The notes under the pieces were generated by a model. It worked only from the letters and a program-made list of their open reading frames with translations. It was not told the origin of the DNA and searched no databases. From Proteromonas lacertae (lineage: Eukaryota), in contig NGBS01000606.1 of NCBI GenBank assembly GCA_002245135.1, positions 62,001-107,395 of the forward strand: a stretch of DNA of 45,395 nt. The letters run 5' to 3'. Both the position numbers and the translations under genes were made by a program. Below are positions 11,655 through 23,712 of this stretch, piece after piece (position 1 is the stretch's first letter; every line of letters starts with the position of its first letter).

Positions 11655-14343
11655 ATGAGTATAGTAGAATTTAGTACTAATACATATAGATGACGATATA
11701 TATTCAAGTGAAGATGAAGATGAAGGTGAAATCGACAGAAAGGATGATATACCTATAAGCAAGACTTGTGGAGAAATCGGTGATATTGATGAAGAAGACG
11801 ATGATGAAGATGATAGTAGTGAAGAAGAAGAAACGGCAAACACAGATGGAACACCATTTCTTGTTCCTAGTTATTACGGAAGAAAAGCAACAGCTTATTT
11901 TTCTTATCCTCCAGAAATGAATGAAAAAAGAGAAGTTGAAGATCTTATACCAGTGTCAGAAAAAGTTGCCAAAGGTTTAAGATTCTTTATGCATTGGAAG
12001 AGGCAATGTGTGCAAAGAGCATTCTCAAGAGCAGGTTTTACTAAAGCAAAAGGCTCATTTGATTGGGTTATATTCTTTGGAAAACACTTCAATGACGATG
12101 ATGAAAAATTCGAACAAATCAAGTCATATCAAAGGGTTAACCATTTCCCAGGATCTTGGTGTATAGGTAGAAAAGATCGATTATCTCGGTTATTACACAA
12201 ATTCTCAAGAAATTTCAAAGAAGATTATCACATTCATCCTGAAACTTTTGTACTGCCAAATGATAGTGGTAGTTTGAATGGATTCCTTACACGTAATCCC
12301 GATGCATTATTTATAAGAAAACCAGTAGCCAGTAGTTGTGGAAGAGGTATATCTGTATTATCCCATTCTCAAAGCAAAGATCAAGCTAAACGACCAGCTA
12401 ATGTATTAATGCAAGAGTATATTCCCAATCCATTGTGTTTAAATGGCTATAAATTCGATTTAAGAATATATGTGTTAGTGACATCTTTCGATCCATTGAG
12501 ATGTTATCAATTTTATGATGGTTTAGTTAGAATAGCAACAATCAAGTATAGTAAGAAAAATTTAAATAATAAATACTGTCATTTAACGAATAGTAGTATA
12601 AATGAGAAGAATAAGGAATATGTAGTAAAAGAAGGTGAGGAAGAAGGTTCAAAATGGTGTTTTGAGACTTTACATAAATATTTTGATGAACATGGATTAG
12701 ATTATAACTTAACATGGGAAAGAATAAGAGATTTGATAGTAAAAACATTAATTGCAGCAAACTCTGAAATATTAAATCCAATAAAAAGATTAATTAAAAA
12801 ACCAAATTTATGCTATGAAGTGTTTGGTTTTGATATATTAATAGATAAGAATTTAAAACCTTGGTTAATAGAAGTGAATATATCTCCAGCCTTAAAAACA
12901 GCATCTAGTTTAGATACAAGAATTAAAGATGGAATGGTAACAGATATATTTCATTTGGTTGGACCAGAGCCATACGATTTCAAAGCACATAAAAAAATTG
13001 TCTTAGCAAAATCATGGATGAAGAAATACATAAAACCTGAGAGAATGAATGAATTAAAAGATGTTCCACCTGAATATTTAGATATGGTAATGCAAACGCA
13101 GGAAGAATATCATAGACGAGGACATTGGATAAGATTATTCCCAACTTCAGATTCGAGGAAATATTTACACTACTTCAGTCCATTAACTAATAATACATCT
13201 TATATTGTAGAGTTCTTGGAGAAACTAGAAGGTAAATTTAATCCATTATTAATACCACAAAGACCATTATCTGCAAGATCAATATCTACTCCATCACGAA
13301 GGTCATCATCTACAGCAGTATCAGCAACTACATCAAAGAATAATTTACCACCTCGTAGATCAATCACTCCAAGAAGAAGAAGTAGTAATAAGAATGATGA
13401 TAGTGTGAGAATGAGCAATACAACAACAGCTAATACATCATGTAATACTAACAATAATACTCCTACTACTACAGTGATTACAACAACTTCATTTGTAGAG
13501 AATAATAATAAACCTAATACTCCATTAATTCGTAATGATCTTCATATTCGACCTGGTAATCCAATTGATGGAATTAGATCAAAAAGTGCTTCAATCAGTG
13601 GAAATGAACCATTAAAATGTATAATAGATAATGATGATTATAATGAAAATGAAAATGATGAAAATGATAGATTAAATACAAAAATAACCACAATTGAATT
13701 TAATAATGATAAAAATACAGTACCAACACCTGGTAAATATGCAAGTCCACGTATTATTCAACAACAACAACAAGTCCGTCCACGTAGTAAATCAACCAGT
13801 AGTAATAGAAGTTCACAATATGTTGATTCATCAAGAAGTCGTTCAATTGTACCATCTCATGATTCTCCTGGTTTAGAAGTGTCTTCTACACCTTATAACT
13901 TTGTGAATATTCATAAACAACAACAACAACAACAACAACAATATTCTCAATCTGCAGGAGTTACTCCACATACTCCACATACTCCACATACTCCTCATTC
14001 CCCAAATCATTATAATAATATCAGTAGATTCCCAAAGATGCAGGATAATGATAGCATCACTATATCAAGAGCAAAATATCCATCTGAAAACACTGCATTT
14101 GAAAGAACAGTGGTGATAGGAAATACTGCTATGAATCCTAATAATTTATTACAACAAAGACAACCTATAACTGGATCAACTTTGAGGTATTTTACTACTC
14201 CTGCTGTTACTATTACACCATTTGATATAGATTCAAGGCATAATAATCTAGCTAGAGCATTGAATTTTTCAAGAAAACATCTTTCCAAAGATGAGACTGA
14301 TCCATATGCGAAATTTTTACTACACAAAGCAAAATATATGTAA
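11655..14343 (+). CDS. Tubulin-tyrosine ligase-like polyglutamylase, TTLL4/TTLL5 type, with acidic N-terminus and disordered C-terminal tail
   Basis: ATG at 11655, intron 11659-11689; VNHFPGSWCIGRKDRL, KPVASSCGRGI, QEYI, KFDLRIYVLVTSFDPL, HLTNSSIN, YEVFGFDILID, PWLIEVNISP. Confidence 0.9.
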
Positions 14344-14451
14344 AGTAATGATTTAATTATTAATAATAAGTATATAGTTTATTTTTTGTTATGAAAACTA
14401 ACAAAAACAATACACAAACAAACAAATACAAAAGATACACAATACTCAAAA

Positions 14452-15638
14452 TTATATTTGTTGTACATAATTGCCTGGGAAGATTCCAGACACACCGTTT
14501 AAACTACCAGTCCACCAACCACTAGGATCTTCTTTGGTTACTTGAATTATATCTCCAGCATGGAAGGTAAGTTCTTCGGCACTTCCTCCGGTATAATCGT
14601 ATAAAGCTTGGACATTCTTTGGACCAGCAACTGGTGGTGGTGGAGGAGCACCATAACCAGGAGCAGGAGCTCCATAACCAGCTGGAGCACCATATCCTGG
14701 TTGTTGAGGATAACCTCCATAACCACCTTGAGGAGGATAACCACCTTGTTGAGGATAGCCTGGATAAGCTCCTGGATAGCCACCCATACCTGGAGGCATA
14801 CCACCTGGTGGCATTCCACCCAAAGCACTTGGAGCTTCGTTTAACTTTGGTGGATCTAAATCTTGAGGTGGAGCCATATCACCAGCTTCTACTAATTTGA
14901 AATCATCGAACAAACCTTCAGCATTCTTGAAGAATTCTCTTTGCATTGATTTAATTACTTTCAATTCCTCGTCTATGAAGCCAGCATGTACCTTCTCATA
15001 ATGTTTCAATTGATCCATTATAATTTCATCCCAAGCAGCTAAGGCAGCTTTACTCTGGTTGAGTTTATCCTCATTTCTCATTAATTTGGCTGGATCACCA
15101 TTGTTTAAAGCTTTTTCTTTCAATCCATCTAATTTACCACTGTAGTGATCTACTTCCAGCTTTTGTTTTCTTCTTTGTTCAATATTTCTATGGATTTTGT
15201 CTAAGACCTCTAATTTGTGGTCTAATGATGGTAAAATATCGTCGTTGATTCTTTCTTCTAGCGTTCTTTTACAGTCTTGTTCCATTTCTTCTTGCTTTTG
15301 TTTGTAAGCTCTAATATCTTGAAGATAGCTTTCACTATCCTTTTCAATGTAGTAATCGGATAAAGCTTTTCCTAATCTAATGAAACCTCCACAGAATTCT
15401 ATAAAAAATAACACAAACACAATATACTATCAACGCCTTGTGAAAGGTTCTTCAATTCTTCTCTCTAAAAAGTAAATTGACAAGAACATACGATCTTTTT
15501 AAGATTCTTAATCATACCTTCAACTAATCTAGCTGGACGATCAAATCTACAATATAACACTCACAATATATACTCTGGATCAGAAGAAGTCTTGACTGAC
15601 AATGTTTTATGCTTAATAACCTGATTTATGTAGTTCAT
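14452..15638 (-). CDS. BAR-domain + Pro/Gly/Tyr-rich linker + SH3 protein (amphiphysin/Rvs167/endophilin-like), tandem copy A
   Basis: ATG at 15638, three GTAT..TAG introns; helical BAR-like IEQRRKQKLEVDHYSGKL; SH3 ALYDY...ELTF..GD.I......GWW.G...G.FPGNYV. Confidence 0.88.
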
Positions 15639-16582
15639 CTCTTTATTCTACGAAGATTTGATTTTAAAGATATTCAACCAATAAAAACTCAAAGTATTTT
15701 ATTTGGCTTGACATTAATGTTTTGTGTTTGATTTGTTTTTCTCTATTGCTACAAACACTATTAAACATAAGAATTGAATAAACAGTTAAAAAAAGTACAC
15801 ATAATTCAAAACTAGTGTTATATTTGTTGTACATAATTGCCTGGGAAGATTCCAGACACACCGTTTAAACTACCAGTCCACCAACCACTAGGATCTTCTT
15901 TGGTTACTTGAATTATATCTCCAGCATGGAAGGTAAGTTCTTCGGCACTTCCTCCGGTATAATCGTATAAAGCTTGGACATTCTTTGGACCAGCAACTGG
16001 TGGTGGTGGAGGAGCACCATAACCAGGAGCAGGAGCTCCATAACCAGCTGGAGCACCATATCCTGGTTGTTGAGGATAACCTCCATAACCACCTTGAGGA
16101 GGATAACCACCTTGTTGAGGATAGCCTGGATAAGCTCCTGGATAGCCACCCATACCTGGAGGCATACCACCTGGTGGCATTCCACCCAAAGCACTTGGAG
16201 CTTCGTTTAACTTTGGTGGATCTAAATCTTGAGGTGGAGCCATATCACCAGCTTCTACTAATTTGAAATCATCGAACAAACCTTCAGCATTCTTGAAGAA
16301 TTCTCTTTGCATTGATTTAATTACTTTCAATTCCTCGTCTATGAAGCCAGCATGTACCTTCTCATAATGTTTCAATTGATCCATTATAATTTCATCCCAA
16401 GCAGCTAAGGCAGCTTTACTCTGGTTGAGTTTATCCTCATTTCTCATTAATTTGGCTGGATCACCATTGTTTAAAGCTTTTTCTTTCAATCCATCTAATT
16501 TACCACTGTAGTGATCTACTTCCAGCTTTTGTTTTCTTCTTTGTTCAATATTTCTATGGATTTTGTCTAAGACCTCTAATTT
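14452..16582. repeat. 765-bp identical direct repeat (14452-15216 = 15818-16582) within the tandem gene duplication
   Basis: Base-by-base comparison by eye found no mismatch; alternative-frame ORFs in the track are identical at a 1366-bp offset. Confidence 0.9.
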
Positions 16583-17008
16583 ATGGTCTAATGATGGCAT
16601 AATATCATCATTGATTCTCTCCTCCAAACCTCTTCTACAATCTTGATCCATTTCTTCTTGCTTTTGTTTGTAAGCTCTAATATCTTGAAGATAGCTTTCA
16701 CTATCCTTTTCAATGTAATATTCTGAGAGAGCTTTGCCCAATTTTGTAAAACCACCACAGAATTCTATAAGAATAAAAAGAGAAAAATATACTATCAACA
16801 CCTTGAGTGAGGTTTTTAAGTTCATCTTTCTAAAAATATAAAACACAAGTTCATACTATTTTTTTAAGGTTCTTAATCATTCCTTCAACCATTTTAGCTG
16901 GCCTTTCAAATCTACACAATGAGAAATAAAAAAATACTCTGGGTCTGAAGTTTGCTTGAAACTCAGTGTTTTGTGTTTATAAGCAGCAGATAAAAAGTTT
17001 AGAGCCAT
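15818..17008 (-). CDS. BAR-domain + Pro/Gly/Tyr-rich linker + SH3 protein, tandem copy B
   Basis: ATG at 17008, three introns at the same positions and phases as copy A; same domain motifs. Confidence 0.88.
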
Positions 17009-17527
17009 ACTTCTAACAAAAAAATCTTTCGAATGTTTTTAAGATTCTATCCAATCAAATCGAACCAAAGTGTTTCAAGCCAAAAGCTTGATAATTTAAA
17101 ATAAAAAATGTGAAATATAAACAAAATAAAAAGGTTATTTCTTATTATTAACGGGGCTATTAAATACTCTGAGCCTTTTTCATTCACTTTCATTTGGGTA
17201 ATGATGTTTTGGGAGATAGATTTGTTAGAGTATTTGAAATATTGAAATTATATATTCTTAAAAACTTTATTCTCGTTTTATATACTCCATTTAATATAAT
17301 TTAAACTGCTTTTATGAATAGAAGTATTTTTTTCATTTTACAGAAACGATTGTATTATTGATATGAGAATATACAGCTGTAATTATTGCTATAATAGCAT
17401 TTTCATTATTCTAAATAGTCTAAATGTTGAGTAAAAAAGAATTTAAGAATCAAACAGTTTGACACTTGATTATCAACAAAGAAAAACAACTGAACATCTA
17501 ATTATTTCTTCTTCCTAATTTTTTCAC

Positions 17528-18263
17528 ATGAGTAGTACACGAGAAGCTGGTTATGATAGACATATTACTGTATTTTCTCCAGAAGGTAGATTATATCAAA
17601 TTGAATATGCATTTAATGCTGTAAGATCGGCTGGAGTGTCTTCTGTCGCTATGAAGGGTAAAGACTGTGTAGTTTTATTAACACAAAAAAAAATCACTGA
17701 TTCTTTAATTGATCCATCATCTGTAACTCAAATGTATAAATTAGGTGATAAAATTGGATGCTGTATGACTGGTCTTCCCGGAGATTCAGTTGCTCAAGTA
17801 CCAAAGAGCTAGACAAGAAGCACTAGATTTTAAATTCAAAAATGGCTTTGAAATTCCAATTAGATACTTAGCACAAAGATTAGCTGACATATGTCAAGTA
17901 TACACACAACATGCCTCAATGCGAGCACTTGGCTGTGTAATGTTTATAGGAGGAATCGATGATGATGGTCCTCAGCTATATAAAGTAGATCCATCTGGAT
18001 ATTTTGTTGGATTAAAAGCTACTGCCGCTGGTGCAAAACATCAAGAAGCTATCAGTCTATTTGAAAAGAAATTAAAAGCAAATCCAGATTTAGATTTCAA
18101 TACAACTGTAAGATCAACTATTATGGTTTTCCAAAGTTTATTAGCTTCTGATCTTCGTGCACAAGATATTGAATTGTCATATATTACAGAAAAGGATGGA
18201 TTTAAGATAATGAGCGACAATGAAGTCGATGCTCATTTAACAGCAATTGCTGAAAGAGATTAA
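17528..18263 (+). CDS. PSMA6: 20S proteasome subunit alpha type-6 (alpha1), intronless
   Basis: YDRHITVFSPEGRLYQIEYA, ADICQVYTQHASMRALG, C-terminal HLTAIAERD. An apparent extra C at 17801-17802 splits QV-QRARQEA across two ORFs. Confidence 0.96.
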
Positions 18264-18403
18264 GCAACAAATAAAGAATAAATAATTAATTTTTTTTATA
18301 TTATTATTATTATTATTTTCATGTTTTATGTATAATATATATATATATATAAGCACTTTTAGTCATGTAAACATATATAATTGAATTGTATAATACATAC
18401 AAT

Positions 18404-20008
<1,605 letters not shown>

Positions 20009-20108
20009 GAAAAATTATATTTGAAACGAATATATTTTTGGATATTGAAATTTTAAAAATTATTCATTTCTCAAAACACAAATCATATAAATCAATTATA
20101 TTTTAGGT

Positions 20109-22319
20109 TTAATTACTTGTTGCTTTTACATTTTCAAACTTACCTAATATAGTTTCCCAAGTAATGTGTTCATGGCATAAATCATATAAAATGGCTGCTA
20201 ATTCGCTGAAATCTATATCAGCAGTCAATTTTGGAACTGGAATACGTACTTGTGTCATTGAATCTCTTTCTCTAAGAGTAATGAAATGTTTTGATAATGT
20301 ATCACAATCAACAGTAACAGCAAATGGTGTACCAATCTCATCCAATCTAGCATATTTCTTTCCAATACTCACGCTACTATCATCAATAACATTAGACAAC
20401 ATTTTATGGTTCAAAAAGTGTGAAATTTCATCACAATATTTATCAATATCTTCTTCTTCTTCTTTCTTTACATTCTTCAATGGGATAATTCCACATTTTG
20501 TTGGAGCCATACAAGGTTTGAATCTCAATACGTTTCTCTTTTCATCACCTTCTCTTACATAATATGCATGTTCCAAAATAGAGTATAATACTCTTCCAAC
20601 ACCAAAGGATGGTTCAATTACACCTGGCGAGAACTTCTTTTCATTTACAGTCTTTGTAACAGAGTCGAATTTTTTAATCATATTTTTAGTTAATGTATAT
20701 TCTTTCCAAGTTGCTTCTCCTTTTTCTTCTAAGTCTTTCATGAATCTTTCTACTTCATCATGATGATTTTCACCTAATTCAATTATTGCTTCTTTTACTT
20801 TTCCTTGATCTTTCTTAAATGCTTTACCTATTGCTGCGTTATCAAAATCAGGTTTGTAAAAGGTTACTGGATATGGAGCACATGGTTGAGCAGCTTGTAA
20901 ATCAATGTTTGTAGCTTCAGCATGATGCTAAATAATAATATAAACTAATTATAATACAGTCAAATCAAAACAAGCTCTATCAGCATGTCCAACACATTCA
21001 GTCCATCCATAACTTAACTGTATTTCAGCATCCCAACATTCTTTAGCATAATGTGCCATTTCAGTCTTCAAATGTTGACGGAATCTAAGTTTTGCACTAT
21101 CAATACCTATTTTCATCATAAACATATAAGTTCTTGACATGAAATAAGCTAATGTTTCATTACCAATAATTCCTTTTTCTACAGCTTCTTCAGGTAAAAT
21201 TAAATTAAAGATAAACAAAAATAAAATAAAGTTCATAAATTATTAAAAAAAAAAGATATCAGTAACATTAATAATCTTTCCATCTCCCATCTGATGATCA
21301 GCTGGGAATAAAGGTAATACAGTTGATTTAATCTTATAGAATTTCTTATGACTTTTATCTTCTGGATTAACAAAGTGTTCTATTTCAGCCATAGCAAATT
21401 CTCTCACTCTTAATAAACCAGCTCTTGGAGATATTTCATTTCTAAAACCAATACCAATTTGTGCAGCTGCAAATGGTATTTTCTTACCGTTATAATCTAA
21501 TAATCTTCTGAAATTGACAAATAAACCTTGAGCAGTTTCTGGTCTTAAAAAACCCTACAATAATAAATAAATATTATATTATATTAATATACTGGAAAAT
21601 CACCTTGTGGACCAATTTGAGTTTGAAACATTAAATTAAATGGATATGGTTCTGTCAAGTCATTCTTTGTACCTGGTGCTTTTACTTCATATTTCTTCAA
21701 CATTTCATCTAAATCTTTTGCTTCAAATGAACCAGCTTGTAATTGTATTTTGCTGTATTCTTTTCTTTGTTCTTCATTGGTAGTTGGTTGAGATATTAAT
21801 TCATCCATACGTGCTTCTAATAATTTATCAGCTCTGAAGCATTCACCTGTTTTTACATCTTTTACCATAAGATCTGAGAATTTCTCAACATGACCTGATG
21901 TTTTTAACACATTGAATGGGGTTAAATTGGTACATTCCATTTCTAACATGTTTTCTTCTAATACAAAGAATTGTCTCCACAATTGAATTAGATTATGTTT
22001 TAAAGCACAACCTGTTGGACCAAAATCAAATAAACCAGCTACACCACCATAAATTTCAAATGATGGCACGATGAACATTCTACTTTTCATTAAGGCATCA
22101 AAAGAATCTTTATCAAATTTTGGATGTTTAGCTTCTTCTATTTTTATTGCCTCAGCTAATTTAGCCTTAAGATCCTTTAATTTTGTAATAGCTAAGCAAT
22201 GTAAAAAATAATTCTATACCGTCTGTTAATTCAGTTCCATGTTTTCCGTCTTTTTTAAGCTGTCTAACATATTCACCTTGTTTTGTGATTTGACCTTGTA
22301 AGCTTTGTATATCTTCCAT
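20109..22319 (-). CDS. GARS1: Glycyl-tRNA synthetase (alpha2 type) with N-terminal WHEP domain
   Basis: [10 protein letters not shown] (WHEP), [71 protein letters not shown]; three GTAT..TAG introns plus one AT-AC intron. Confidence 0.97.
21194..21259 (-). other. U12-type AT-AC intron, 66 nt
   Basis: Begins ATATCTTTT, has TCTTTAAT near the 3' end and ends TTTTAC; removal gives [16 protein letters not shown] in GlyRS; retention introduces a TAA. Confidence 0.9.
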
Positions 22320-22403
22320 TGGATTTGAATTGATTGTTGTTTCTAAATTCACAAAAATCGGAAATGCCTTAAATCAAGCTCTCAAGCCTATTTTTCTCAT
22401 TTT

Positions 22404-23266
22404 ATGACAGAAGTTATTAGTGCAACTGATATAGCCCCTGAAAGTATATTCATTTTTATAATAATATGATCTAGTTTTCAATCCAACCTCTACAGTTTCA
22501 ATTGACAAGGATGATGATTTACAATACGATTTAGGACATCTTTTAGTTTCAGATATACATCCACTTGATCCAGAAGTATAACATTAATTCGATATTTTAT
22601 ATTAGAGGTGTAATAAAAAGAAGTTAGAAGAATATCTTTTACAAATAACAAAGAACAATACTCAGTTGATGTTCAATCATTTGTTTGATTTACCAAAACA
22701 AACAACAGAAAAAGGAGAGATGGTATTCATTTATTTTATATTATTAAAAATAGATTTCTTTACCAACACCTGTATTAAGATTACCACGTGAAAAACACAT
22801 ACCCAAAATCAAGCCAAAGACAAAATGGGAGAGTTTTGCTGATACCAAAGGTATTAAAAACCATAAACGTTCCAGAATGGTATATGATGAAATCAATGAA
22901 GAATGGAGACCTAGATATGGTTATAAAAGAGTACAAACAGCAGAAGATGATTGGGTACTTGAGCATAAGGGTGATGGTAGTGATGATCATGTTAATTTGT
23001 TCGATAAACGAAGAATGGAGAAGAAGGAAAGAATAATAAAGAATCAATTACAACATATTAAGAATATTGAAAGAGCCAAAGGAAAAGAGAAGAAAGAATT
23101 GATTCCGAGTGGTATTCCTCAGACAATACATGAAACTAAACATGGTTTAATGAGAGGAAGAAAGGGAACTAAAGTGGCAATTGATCAAGTTACAAAATCT
23201 ACTGCTTCAATGGGTAAGTTTAATCCTGGACAAAAGAAAAAGAAATTTCCATCTAAAAAGAAGTAA
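22404..23266 (+). CDS. RRS1: Ribosome biogenesis regulatory protein RRS1
   Basis: Three GTAT..TAG introns; YDLGHLLVSD, NTQLMFNHLFDLP, LPREKHIPK.KPKTKWESFA..KGI, MVYDE..EEWRPRYGYK, STASMGKF; divergent from GARS1 with 84 bp between the ATGs. Confidence 0.93.
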
Positions 23267-23712
23267 TTTTTTAATGTAATTAGAAATATAATGAAATAAA
23301 AAAGAATATATAGAACAATTTTGGTTTTAATAATTCGTTTATTGTTAACTATTGATTTCTGGAATTGAATATCATAATATGATTAAAATATAATATTTTT
23401 GGTGATTATACAAGAGTGTTTTAATTCTTCAAAATTAATTATTCACCAAATTATTGTAGATATAGGTATATCAAGATCATCTGCTTATTCTTCATGTTAT
23501 CATTATTTTAATTCCTTACAATTAATACGTTTTTACTACTTTTGTGTTTCAATCAAACCACATCAAGCATTTGTAACTCCTTTTTGTTTCTTTCTTTTTT
23601 TATGATATATAGCTATTTAATTATAAATTAAATAATAGACTAACAATAATTAAATATTTAGATACCTTTATCAATAATGGTATATACATATATTTATAAT
23701 TTGTAGTCATCT

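Noticed and set aside
14547..16266. Duplicated alternative-frame and antisense ORFs (78-93 aa)
   Set aside because: Shadows of the Gly/Pro-rich BAR-SH3 coding sequence; they repeat only because the DNA is duplicated.
17790..17815. Euplotes-style programmed +1 frameshifting at stop codons (PSMA6, BBS9, giant gene)
   Set aside because: Conservation (QVQRAR) places the PSMA6 shift three codons before the stop, the BBS9 shifts have no adjacent stop, and there is no shared AAA-TAR or other slippery motif. Extra bases in short homopolymers fit sequencing error.
23399..23605. 68-aa ORF between RRS1 and the MAP3K
   Set aside because: No ATG start, no recognisable motif, and composition typical of intergenic DNA; no snoRNA boxes could be supported either.
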